Virus record (IMG/VR): IMGVR_UViG_3300010206_000044
Coordinates: 1 to 38,986 of that record
Reading direction: 5' to 3' (one strand)
Source: a virus
Lineage: Duplodnaviria; Caudoviricetes
Length of the DNA stretch: 38,986 nucleotides
Below are positions 26,933 through 36,900 of this stretch, one piece after another; positions within the stretch are counted from its first letter, which is position 1, and each line of letters starts with the position of its first letter. The notes under the pieces were generated by a model. The model was not told the origin of the DNA and did not search any database. It was given only the letters and a program-made list of their open reading frames with translations. A program made the translations under genes and the position numbers.

Positions 26933-27507
26933 GCCATATAAGTACAGACCTCTTACAGGTTTATAACACATATTTTCAAAAGCCTTACCGAATTGCAGAG
27001 GCATATCAGGATTTGGGATATGATAACAGAGAAATGACTGATGATGCAACAGCTCAGGGAATATCAGTACGTAAACTTACTGATACTGGTATTGAGGTTT
27101 ATCTTCCTATTGAGTTAACTGATAATTTAGGTAATTCGCTTAAAATTGATTGTTGTACGATAAGAGTTACGGTTAAAAATATAATTGTAAAAACTGAATT
27201 ATCCGAACGAAAAGGTACTGTAAAAGAACAATTCAATACAGGTGACTATGTATTTACTATAAAAGGCGTTTTGATAGGAAAGAATCGAAAATTGCCTGAC
27301 AATGATATTTGGCAATTAAAAGAATTTGCAACTAATCAAACACCTGTTTATTTGAATAATGCTTATGCTGAAATTTTTATGACAGGTGAAAATAAAATAG
27401 CAATTGAAAGCCTGGAGTTCCCGGAACAGGAAGGTAAACATATTCGCTTTCGTCCGTTTGTTCTCGTTTGCGAAACTGATTTTATTGATACACTGATACT
27501 GAAATAA
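26929..27507 (+). CDS. Tail tube initiator / baseplate protein (DUF6046-like)
   Basis: 'KNIIVKT..RKGTVKE...DY.FTIKG'; follows the tape measure gene. Confidence 0.7.
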   Translation: MSHISTDLLQVYNTYFQKPYRIAEAYQDLGYDNREMTDDATAQGISVRKLTDTGIEVYLPIELTDNLGNSLKIDCCTIRVTVKNIIVKTELSERKGTVKEQFNTGDYVFTIKGVLIGKNRKLPDNDIWQLKEFATNQTPVYLNNAYAEIFMTGENKIAIESLEFPEQEGKHIRFRPFVLVCETDFIDTLILK

Positions 27508-27508
27508 T

Positions 27509-28537
27509 ATGTTTTTAATGACAAGTAACATAACGATAGGTGATTACACTGCTATTAAGCCAAAGTCGGTAAAATGGAAGTGTAGTGTTTCTAATTTCGT
27601 TGATACGTGTAGCATTGAACTTCCGTTAAGAACTTATTTAAGAACAAATGACAATATTCTACTAATTTATCCTGACGGAACTACCGAAAAAAGAATATCC
27701 GATTTAGCAGCAAAACAAGGTGTTATTTTTACTGAAGGATTAGCCGTTTCGGTTGATTTGGGCTATAACAACCGAAATACAACCCGATTTATGGGATTTG
27801 TAAAACGAATCAATTATGGAAAACCATTTGTGATTGAATGTGAGGGTTACAGTTATTTACTCAAAGATAAGGTATTTACAAAAAGCTATTCAAATACTTC
27901 TGTAAAAGCTATTTTAAGCGATTTAGTAGCAGGTACCGACATACTTCTTTCGGATGCTATTCCGGTAATTCCACTGAAAAATGTGGTGTTCAAAAACTGC
28001 CCAGGACTAAAGGTGTTGGAATGGATGCAAAAGGAGCTATTGTTGTCTGTGTTTTTTGACTTCAATACACTTTATGTGGGAGCTTCAAAATATGGACTTA
28101 AAAAACCGACGGTTAAACTTCAGCTTGGCTGGAATACTGTTGACGATGGCGGGTTAAAAAAGGCTGTAAAGGGTTCGGACATTATAATACATGTAGTAGC
28201 CAAAGATAGTGCCGGAAAAGTGAAGCGCACAAAATCGGATCAGAAAAAATACAGCACAACTAAAGAGGTAAAAATACGCTCCGGGATGCCGGATGCTATT
28301 GTGAAAGAAATTTCAAACGAGTTGCAGAAACTTGAAAATTTTAGTGGTTACAAAGGAGATATTACCTGTTTTCTTGAACCGCACATTGAAAATGGATTTG
28401 TAGTAAAAAATGTAAATGATAAATTCCCTGATCGCGAAGGAAGCTTTTTTGTAGAATCGGTTGACGGTTCTTTCAGCAGTTCCGGTGGTCGCCAGGTGAT
28501 AACACTCAGATATTATGGCACAGTGGACGGAGGATGA
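27509..28537 (+). CDS. Baseplate hub (Mu gp44 / P2 gpD-like)
   Basis: 'DTCSIELP', 'VDLGY', 'IECEGYSYLLK'; size and position. Confidence 0.75.
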   Translation: MFLMTSNITIGDYTAIKPKSVKWKCSVSNFVDTCSIELPLRTYLRTNDNILLIYPDGTTEKRISDLAAKQGVIFTEGLAVSVDLGYNNRNTTRFMGFVKRINYGKPFVIECEGYSYLLKDKVFTKSYSNTSVKAILSDLVAGTDILLSDAIPVIPLKNVVFKNCPGLKVLEWMQKELLLSVFFDFNTLYVGASKYGLKKPTVKLQLGWNTVDDGGLKKAVKGSDIIIHVVAKDSAGKVKRTKSDQKKYSTTKEVKIRSGMPDAIVKEISNELQKLENFSGYKGDITCFLEPHIENGFVVKNVNDKFPDREGSFFVESVDGSFSSSGGRQVITLRYYGTVDGG

Positions 28538-29027
28538 AGTTAGGAGATTATTGGCTCAGTTTGTTGGCATTAATAAACCTACATTACTGGCTACAGTAAA
28601 GTCAGTTGACAAGTCCGAAAATACATGCGTAATTGATGACGATGGAACGGAAGTACCTGGCATTAGATTAAGAGCCATTACCGGAGAAAATACCGGCATT
28701 GTTGGCTATCCAAAACAGGGAGCTTATGTGCTTTGTGTAAAGGTGGAAGATACTGAAGAATGGGCGGTTATAAAATCAACAGAGTATGAAAGTATTGAAA
28801 TGACAATTGAAAGCCTGGTGATAAATGGTGGTGAGCTTGGCGGGTTAGTAAAGATAGATGCAATGATTGGTTGGATGCAAAAAGTTTATACTGACATGCA
28901 AGCATTGAAAACACAACTCAACACCTGGCCGGTTGCCGGAAACGGTGCTCCATTGGCTTTGGTTTTTAATCCAACTGCACCAAATCCTGTTAAGTCAGAC
29001 TTTGAAGATGCGAAAATTAAACACTGA
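28515..29027 (+). CDS. Baseplate spike (gp45/gpV-like)
   Basis: OB-like N-terminus; 'INGGELGGLVKI'; terminal 'KIKH'. Confidence 0.7.
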   Translation: MAQWTEDEVRRLLAQFVGINKPTLLATVKSVDKSENTCVIDDDGTEVPGIRLRAITGENTGIVGYPKQGAYVLCVKVEDTEEWAVIKSTEYESIEMTIESLVINGGELGGLVKIDAMIGWMQKVYTDMQALKTQLNTWPVAGNGAPLALVFNPTAPNPVKSDFEDAKIKH

Positions 29028-29042
29028 TTAAACGACGTTTAA

Positions 29043-29360
29043 ATGGCAAAAAATAAAGGCATATTATTAACGAATGACATGGAGTTGGATATTTCAGTAA
29101 TACGTGATTCAACCGGATTAATAGTGTCAGGTTTGCAAATTGGCGATGTTACCCAGCAAAATCAGAAGATAATTATCAATGCTTCCAAAGGAGAAATTAA
29201 AGAAGATCCTTTAATGGGTGTAGGCGCTCAACTATTTGTAGAAAGTGCCGATAAAAGTGCATTTGCACGCGAAATAAAAGAACAATTACATCGAGATGGG
29301 CAAACAGTTAAACTGATTAGCATAAGTAATCAGCAAATTATAATTAAATCAAATTATTAA
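29043..29360 (+). CDS. Baseplate wedge protein (gp46/gp25-like)
   Basis: 'KGEIKEDPLMGVG', 'IKEQLHRDG'. Confidence 0.7.
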   Translation: MAKNKGILLTNDMELDISVIRDSTGLIVSGLQIGDVTQQNQKIIINASKGEIKEDPLMGVGAQLFVESADKSAFAREIKEQLHRDGQTVKLISISNQQIIIKSNY

Positions 29361-29364
29361 ATAT

Positions 29365-30885
29365 ATGGTAAGTTGTTATTATGATGTTGACACTAATATG
29401 TGTCGCGTTGGCGGTAAAGATTATTCCGCAGGCAATTGTGTTCTTTCTCAGTCAGATGGTCGCGTTACTCTTGAAATTGATGGCCGGTGTCGTATAGATG
29501 GCGTTTTACTTAGTCAGATAGTCGATAAATACGGTAATGCATATCCGGATTATGATACCTTCCGTACAGCCATAAAAAATTTTTTCGTTAACGCCTCTGT
29601 CAGTAATACCGCTGATTGGACTACTTTGATAGAGGCTCAATTTAGTTACGGTGTTCGAGTTGACTTGTTGAGTTCAAATCCAACACTTACAAGGATAGGA
29701 AATCTTGAACTACATAAAACTTTACCGATTCATAAGTTAATGAGGGGTTGTTTGCAAAAAGAGGACGGATCAGTTAATTATTATTTGAATCCGACAAACT
29801 GGGCGCAAAAATCAGATGGAACTGCATCGGTTCTCGATGGAACTGATGGAGATGTACAAGTTCATCTGCCTAGGCGATATTTTAAATGCGAAAAGATAAC
29901 ACCTATTGTTTGGGATGTCAGATATTCGGACAGACAAATTCCCGGATATACACTTATTCAGGATGAATATGTATCGGCATTTGAAGCATCATTGAATAGG
30001 ACTACTAATAGATTGTGCAGTGTGGTAAATACTAGCATGACATATAGGGGTGGTACAAACGAAGCTACTTATGATGGTACATCTAAATCATTATTGGGAA
30101 AACCTGTTACAAACACAAATCTGACAAATTTTAGAATCTATGCGAGAAACAAGGGATCTATCAGATGGAATTGTAATGTATATTCAATTCAAACGCAAAT
30201 ATTCTGGCTCTTTGCAGTTGAGTATGCTACGTTAAATTCTCAGTTGCCTGTTGCTGGATTAGATGCTAATGGCTATCGTACAGGTGGATTGGGAAATGGA
30301 ATAACAACGGCGAACGATACCGAATGGTTAAATTTCAATGGACGCAATCCATTCTGTAATTGCGGGGTTACTAATTCGCTCGGCAATGGTAGTGGTGAAG
30401 TGTCATTTACTGTCACGGATTTTGGTGGTGCAGGTGTGAACAGATCGTTTACAGCTAACCGATATCGCGGCATTGAAAATCCGTTTGGCCATTTATGGAA
30501 ATGGACGGATGGCGTTTTGGTCGACGTAAAAACAGATGCAGCTGGTGGTACAAGTAAATTATACACTAGCTCTGATGCTTCAAAATTTAGCTCTGTAGCT
30601 TTTACTGACTACGATTATAAAGGCTTAATTACCCGTGATGAAGGATTTATCAAAACAATTATGTTCGGAGCATCTGGAGATATAATGCCGACTACTGTCG
30701 GTGGATCATCCGCTACTTATTTTGCCGACTATTTCTATCGCGACATTACAGCATCAGTTATTAAGGGTGTGTTGTTTGGCGGTTATGCTGCGGATGGTTC
30801 GACTGCGGGTCTCGTTTTTTCGAGTACGGCTTCTTCGCCTTCGCTTGCGTATTCGGCCATCGGCTCCCGGCTTTGCTTTATTTAG
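29365..30885 (+). CDS. DGR target protein 3; tail-associated putative receptor-binding protein with C-terminal CLec-like variable domain
   Basis: 'DGTDGDVQV', 'YRGIENPFGHLWKWTDG', C-terminal 'VLFGG.A..G..AG...IGSRLCFI'; carries VR3. Confidence 0.9.
   Translation: MVSCYYDVDTNMCRVGGKDYSAGNCVLSQSDGRVTLEIDGRCRIDGVLLSQIVDKYGNAYPDYDTFRTAIKNFFVNASVSNTADWTTLIEAQFSYGVRVDLLSSNPTLTRIGNLELHKTLPIHKLMRGCLQKEDGSVNYYLNPTNWAQKSDGTASVLDGTDGDVQVHLPRRYFKCEKITPIVWDVRYSDRQIPGYTLIQDEYVSAFEASLNRTTNRLCSVVNTSMTYRGGTNEATYDGTSKSLLGKPVTNTNLTNFRIYARNKGSIRWNCNVYSIQTQIFWLFAVEYATLNSQLPVAGLDANGYRTGGLGNGITTANDTEWLNFNGRNPFCNCGVTNSLGNGSGEVSFTVTDFGGAGVNRSFTANRYRGIENPFGHLWKWTDGVLVDVKTDAAGGTSKLYTSSDASKFSSVAFTDYDYKGLITRDEGFIKTIMFGASGDIMPTTVGGSSATYFADYFYRDITASVIKGVLFGGYAADGSTAGLVFSSTASSPSLAYSAIGSRLCFI
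30766..30875 (+). repeat. DGR variable region VR3
   Basis: 110-nt ungapped match to TR2; 20 mismatches, all at TR adenines. Confidence 0.97.
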
Positions 30886-30908
30886 CGTTCGCGGGGCTTT
30901 GTTAAAAA

Positions 30909-31132
30909 AGGTTGTTCATTGCAAGTGTGTTGTTTGGCGGTAATGCTACGAATAGTTCGAATGCAGGTCTCGTTTATTCGAATACGAATAATTCGCCTTC
31001 GAATGCGAATTCGACCATCAGCTCCCAGCATTGTAAATTTTTGATGTAATGAAAACCCTGCCTCTTGGCAAAAAAATACATAAAAACAAGATCGTTGGTA
31101 GCGCAAGCGAAGGCGATTAAAGTAAAGCAAAG
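30909..31132 (+). ncRNA. DGR RNA 2: template repeat TR2 (30924-31033) plus structured flanks, with no adjacent RT
   Basis: Intergenic AAT-rich copy of VR3 (27 adenines); enclosed by TTCATTGCA (30915-30923) / TGTAATGAA (31045-31053); same 3' hairpins as the TR1 RNA. Confidence 0.95.
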
Positions 31133-31157
31133 AGTTTAAAGTGATAAATTAAAATAT

Positions 31158-31478
31158 ATGATTGTAACGTACAAAACTATACCGATATCTCTGGAGCTAG
31201 TTCCAGATGGTTATCATCTTTTTCGATTCGACATTCTACAGGTAGATGGTGGATTCACGGCTCACGAAGTGAGAATTGACGGTGCGATTGATGCTAAAAA
31301 AATCAAAGCAATTGCCATATCTGAAAAATGGGGCGATGGCGTTGAAGCGAAGCTAATTAATGACTACAACGAGTACAAGCTCGGCATTGGCGACGTAGCT
31401 GCTGAAGTTGCATATATGCAATTTCTTGCTGATAGAAAAGCATTGAAAAACTATGTTGATCAAGTTGTAGGAGAATGA
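31158..31478 (+). CDS. Hypothetical protein directly after TR2
   Basis: 106 aa; stop overlaps the next ATG. Confidence 0.75.
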   Translation: MIVTYKTIPISLELVPDGYHLFRFDILQVDGGFTAHEVRIDGAIDAKKIKAIAISEKWGDGVEAKLINDYNEYKLGIGDVAAEVAYMQFLADRKALKNYVDQVVGE

Positions 31479-31744
31479 AAGCACTCGAAGGACAATCGTT
31501 TTTAGATATTGCCATTCAGGAGACTGGCTCGGTTGATTCAGCGTATTTTATTGCACTTAAAGCGGATATGAGCATAACAGATGAGCCTCTGACCACTACT
31601 GACATTGATACGTTAAATGTTGTAGCTGCACCTATTAAGCAATACTTTTCAAGCAAAGGATTAAGGCCATCGACTGGCATAAATGCATCTAAAGACGAAG
31701 AAAAAAGAATATTTGATTACACATTTGATTATACATTTAATTAA
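31475..31744 (+). CDS. LysM/gpX-like baseplate protein
   Basis: 'GQSFLDIAIQETGS'; C-terminal IFDYTFDYTFN. Confidence 0.7.
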   Translation: MKALEGQSFLDIAIQETGSVDSAYFIALKADMSITDEPLTTTDIDTLNVVAAPIKQYFSSKGLRPSTGINASKDEEKRIFDYTFDYTFN

Positions 31745-31745
31745 C

Positions 31746-32618
31746 ATGGCAAACACAGCAACATATTGGAAAAACAAAATCGGTGATTATTACATGAGCA
31801 ATGAAATAGTTCAGCGCAGGTATGAGCTTAGTAGTTCTGATCTCGAAGCCGGGTTCAGTGCTGTGTTTAGCATTGCAGCATTTGAATCGATTCTTTTTTA
31901 TGCTGTCGGCTACTGCATATATGTTTTTGAGCTTGTAATTGATATATTTAAAGCAGAAATTCAAGATAAGATTGATGCTAGATATTTGGCAACTTCTCCA
32001 TGGTGGCATACTCAGGCTTTGCAATTTCAAAGAGGAGATGATTTGTACCTAAATAAAAAAACATTTACCTACGAATACGCAACGTTAGATGCGTCTCGGC
32101 AGATTATAAAGCGCGTTGCAGTTCGTGAATCTGCAAGTGGAGAAGCTCCTTGTAAGGTGAAGTTATACGTTGCAACAGAATCGAATGGAACAATTGAGGC
32201 TCTTAGTTCAAATGACTTGGAACTGTTTGATATATATGCTAAAAAAATAAGGCCTGCCGGGGTGCTTGTTGAGTGCATCAGTACTGCAGGGGATACTGTT
32301 TCGTTTGGATTAGTTGTCAACTACAATCCACTCATCCTTAAACAAACAGGGCAAAGGATAACAGGAACTGATTACCCTGTAGAGGATGCTGTTAATGAAT
32401 TTATTAACACACTCAACGATATTAATTTTGGAGGTAAACTGAACTTATCGAAGCTGATCGATCGGGTTCAAATGGCCGAAGGTGTGATTGATGTTCAAAT
32501 AACGAGTTGTGTAATTCGCGACCTAGAACCTGTAACATGGGGAACTTATGCAAGCCAAAGCGGCTGGTTTGTAGTGAATGAAATCAACGTAAATTATCAA
32601 CCACAAACGGAAATATAA
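31746..32618 (+). CDS. Baseplate J-like (gp47) protein
   Basis: 'WW..QAL.FQ.GD', 'IIKRVAV', 'KIRPAGV', 'LIDRVQ..EGVID'; ATG at 31746. Confidence 0.75.
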   Translation: MANTATYWKNKIGDYYMSNEIVQRRYELSSSDLEAGFSAVFSIAAFESILFYAVGYCIYVFELVIDIFKAEIQDKIDARYLATSPWWHTQALQFQRGDDLYLNKKTFTYEYATLDASRQIIKRVAVRESASGEAPCKVKLYVATESNGTIEALSSNDLELFDIYAKKIRPAGVLVECISTAGDTVSFGLVVNYNPLILKQTGQRITGTDYPVEDAVNEFINTLNDINFGGKLNLSKLIDRVQMAEGVIDVQITSCVIRDLEPVTWGTYASQSGWFVVNEINVNYQPQTEI

Positions 32619-33670
32619 TGAATATCGACTTTAAAAGATTACTTCAGCTATTGTTTCCCACGTTATTACGTCGTGACATGACAGCGATTACCGCTATTGG
32701 TGCTGTATTTCAACTTATGTACGATGAGTTCCGTGCATGGCAGGCTGATATCAGATTACAGGCATCTACTACTTGTCAAGTGATGTATTTAGAGCTTATG
32801 TTGAATTATCGATTACTGAATACTTTCAATCGTGTAATTTATATCACCGATGCAGATGGCATATCAACTGATTTTATAATTAATATACCTGAATCTGTAA
32901 CAGTTGATTATAGTCGGCTCCAAAGTTTAATAAACAAATATAAGCTATATGGAAAACGATTTTCGACCGAACAGTCTACATATGCTTACGATGTTATTTG
33001 GACTAATTACGTATGCGAAAAGAAACAACTACAAATTGGTGAATATTATAATGGAGGGTATGTTGGTGCCATTATTGGTGTTCAATATCAAATTGTTTCT
33101 CCTCTTGGAAGACATAATTGGAGCTCTTCTAAACTCATTGCTTCCGGTATGGGTAGTAATTGGCATTTGCCAAGTTACATCGAGTTGCAACAATTTGTTG
33201 GAAATAGAGACAAAATAGGAATTCAATATAATGAAGAGCTATGGTCTTCTGATGAACAGTCTACTGATGAGGCAATAGCTGTTAGGCTCTATCAAGGCGG
33301 AAACACAATATCTTTTCCTAAAACAAATGTCATGTTAGCGTGGGCTGTGAAGAGTATTGCAACCTCCTCTGGTTTCGTCAATTCAGGTCATCAGCGTGCT
33401 CGAACGCTAAGAGTAATAAAATATGAATCAGGCTTGAATATTGGATTTGATGACTTTGATGTTAGGCTCCAATTTGTCTTCGATGGCATTACTTATCAGA
33501 GTGTTGATGTTGATTATTTGTCTACGATGCCGATGATAGAGTATATAGAACGTATCAATGCATATGCTGGGTATATAACTAATTTAAAACAGAATGACTA
33601 TCCTGGGATATTTATTAAAAAAGATGAAGCAAGAATTGAAAACAACGATTCTTGCCCGATTAACAATTAA
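32618..33670 (+). CDS. Baseplate gp48-like N-terminus fused to an Lcl/DUF1566-like domain
   Basis: N-terminal 'QVMYLE..LN..', 'KYKLYGK'; internal 'IGEYYNGG...W..NWHLPS..EL...LWSSDE'. Confidence 0.6.
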   Translation: MNIDFKRLLQLLFPTLLRRDMTAITAIGAVFQLMYDEFRAWQADIRLQASTTCQVMYLELMLNYRLLNTFNRVIYITDADGISTDFIINIPESVTVDYSRLQSLINKYKLYGKRFSTEQSTYAYDVIWTNYVCEKKQLQIGEYYNGGYVGAIIGVQYQIVSPLGRHNWSSSKLIASGMGSNWHLPSYIELQQFVGNRDKIGIQYNEELWSSDEQSTDEAIAVRLYQGGNTISFPKTNVMLAWAVKSIATSSGFVNSGHQRARTLRVIKYESGLNIGFDDFDVRLQFVFDGITYQSVDVDYLSTMPMIEYIERINAYAGYITNLKQNDYPGIFIKKDEARIENNDSCPINN

Positions 33671-33674
33671 ATTT

Positions 33675-33911
33675 ATGACAAAGTTATCAGACGCACAGTC
33701 TAAAGCTGCGCTTATCAAACAAGAAACAGAGCGTGCTGCTAATACGCATCAACGCCTTGGTGAGGCTATTGAGGTTCTAACTGATGCTGTTGAAGCATCC
33801 AGTTCTATTTCTTCTGTTCCTCCAGTAGATGCTCACAATGGAGCAAAGTGGGTTTCGGCAATTTCGGGAAAAGAGTTTACTATGTATAACGGACAATGGG
33901 TTGAATTTTAA
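33675..33911 (+). CDS. Hypothetical tail-region protein
   Basis: ATG 33675; 'IKQETERAANTHQRLG'. Confidence 0.6.
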   Translation: MTKLSDAQSKAALIKQETERAANTHQRLGEAIEVLTDAVEASSSISSVPPVDAHNGAKWVSAISGKEFTMYNGQWVEF

Positions 33912-33914
33912 TTT

Positions 33915-36900
33915 ATGGAAACAAGAGATACTTATAAGAAATATGACGGCTCTATAGCCGGTTTAGTTGTGATTGCAGTAGGCAGTATTAAAGATAATGT
34001 TTTTAAGTCAACAGGAAAGCGTTCTTCAGGATTTTACGTACTTAAAAATAGCATTGTTGGGCGACTCACGGGGTATTCTTCTGACAATTGGTTCGAGGTT
34101 AAACTTTTTAATCCTGTATGGAATTACAACGGAGAGCCTATGTATTATTATGCAGTTAACGATTCGTATTCTCAGTTTGTCGATGATTCAGAGGCAAGGC
34201 TGGAAGCAAGAACTGTGTTTCGCGACTATTCAACTCGTGATACCAACAAAAACACATTTCCACATGTTGCAGCTGATTACAAATCGATGTGTTACAATCC
34301 GAAACAAGATGCATTTGCGCATTGGAATGTAACTGACACCTATTTTGGAAGCGCAGATTGGAGGCGTGAATACATAAATCAGGTTCTAGGTGGAAATGGT
34401 GATCAGTACGTTTTCGTCAGTGAAAATTATGATCCTAAACCAATCGATTCTTTTGGCATTGTCAATTTAATACCTAGCGCTCGAAAGTTAAAGGCTATCT
34501 TTGAAACTTACTGGCTTGATTCATATGTAATATTTTCAGGTATTTGTCTTAGCAAAACTAATAATTTGCCGACGGTTAATGACATATTCGTTAATGGTGG
34601 CACTGATTATCCGTTTAAATTTGATTCAGGAAATCCTCCTTACATTGAGGTTATTGATTTAGAACCAGACACAACATATTTTTGCCGCCCATTCTTTAAG
34701 CGAAACAACGGCACATATGTATATGGTGCTATGCAGTCATTTTCGACCTTAAATGAGCCTGTATTACCGGTTTTGATACTTGATATTCCTGAAGTAAATT
34801 TAACACAAAGTTCTGCTAAAATAATTGTTCGTTGCTTTGATACTGGGGATTCGTCTATCGTTAGCAGAGGCATCAAAATTGGGTCAACAATTGAAGCTGT
34901 TGAAGACGTTGAAATTATTAATGTTAGTACGCAAAGATGGGAGGCTAATCTTGTTGGGCTACTGCCGGCTACAAGGTATTATGTTCAGGTTTATGCCACT
35001 ACTGAAGATGGAACCTCTAGTACTAGTACATATGTTCAGTGGCAAGAACTGTCGCCAGGTTGGGCACATCCTGTAGAAAATAAAACAGGTTATTTTACGA
35101 CAAAGCAGGTTGCAGGTTATCCAGTACTTTATGAGAAATTACCAACAAATATAACAGATAGTTCTGTTATATTAGGTGGTGGAATTAGCTCTGATGGTGG
35201 CAGTACTATCTTGCAGACTGGATTTGTTTATAGTTCTGAAAATATTATGCCGACAGTTTTAGATGCGTATATAGATTCAACTGCAGTGACAGATGATAAT
35301 ACGTTTTATACAAATGTATTAAATCTTAAAGCTGCTTCTAAATTCTATTACAGAGCAGCTGCGCGCACATCGAAAGGTTGGTCATATAGTCCTGGATCGG
35401 GTAGTTTTATTACAGGTGGCGTGAGTCTGAAGACTCTTTCTGTTTCTTTGATAACTAAAAATAGTGCAAAAGTTAGTGCGATAATTGAATCTTCAGAATC
35501 AGAAGTGACCGAACGAGGTATTTGTGTCGGTTTGATGACGCAGCCAACTTTAAAAACAAGTGCTGATCTCGGACTTAAATTGGGTAGTTATGAGGCGAAT
35601 TTAACAGCTTTACAGTCAGGTAAATTATATTATGTTCGATCATATGCTATTGCTGCTGGCAAGGTATATTACGGTTCAGAAATGACATTTATTACGCTTG
35701 CTGACTCTACGTCTTTAGTACCAGTTATTAACATAGTAAGTTCTACTACAGACAGTGAAGGAACCTGGGCGACAATTCGATTAACGTCTATGCCAGTACC
35801 TGTGTTTAGCATAGGTATTGGAATATCTATTGTGCCGCCAGATAATTTCGGCGATTTTATAGATTATTTTGAAAGTGAAGAGTCTGTAATAGAGATTAAT
35901 AGAGGTTATAGAGAAAGGGCTCTTTATAATGATACTTCAGAGTATTACGTTACACCATATGCCAACTATGGAGGTGATGTGGCTCTTGGAGCTCCTGTAA
36001 GATGTATTTATTTACCCAATCCTGTTGGTGATTTTGATGTTACGCATCAATTGGATTATAATTCAGCGGATAATGTGGCAAAGGTTATAATAAGTTCAAC
36101 ATCTTTATCTATTATCAAATGGGGCGTTGTTTGGAGTTCGAATCAATTACCTCTAACTGACGTTTTGAAGAGAACAAAAGAAAGTTCATTGACAAATGTA
36201 ATTGTGCTTGACAATGTCCTCCCAATAGGGATCACATATATACAAGCCTATGCGGTTGATCAGTTAGGGGCGGTTGTTTATTCAAACGTTCAATCTGTCA
36301 TTAATGCTGATAAAACACCTATTTCAACAGATGATGTGTTGACATTTCCGGAGAATGCCTATATGGGTCAGACGCATGAACATAAAGGAAACGTCTGGGT
36401 AAAAACTGAAATAGGCTGGGAAAAGAAGTCATCTGCTACTCCAGCATCACGTAATTTAAGTGCGGCAATTAAAAAGGGAAACGATGATATCATCGCCCAT
36501 TTTAATAATATGTTATCTCGAAAATTAGAGAAGTATAGTGTTGATATTGTCGACGACGATGAATATGTTGCAATTGAAAACTTGAATAAAATATCAGCCG
36601 ATGGATTTTATATATTAACTTACCCTGGAGACTTTCCTGATGTTGGAATCGAAGATGGAATACCATTCAGGATGATAGTAGTAGACGGTGAAGATTCCGG
36701 TTTTATTACTCAATTTTTGATCACAAGGTCTTTTGTCACTAACAAATTGAAAGTGTATGTTCGAAGTCTTATTGATTATGAACCGCTAGAGGATTGGATT
36801 GACCTTATGCCCGATAATTTTGTGGTTTATGATTTTGCTCACGGAGCAGCAATGCCAGGAGATGGAATATCGTATTATATTGGTAGTATCCCAGATTTAG

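Noticed and set aside
29574-29587. A6-T7 run in target 3 as a frameshift site
   Set aside because: The ORF reads through in frame and I have no supporting alternative product.
30766-30875. VR3 as a remote target of TR1
   Set aside because: Many non-adenine differences from TR1; perfect non-A identity with TR2.
30882-31130. Minus-strand 82-aa ORF over TR2 (and similar ORFs at 9258-9527, 8516-8710, 8888-9154)
   Set aside because: Shadow frames of TR/VR sequence, antisense to the operon.
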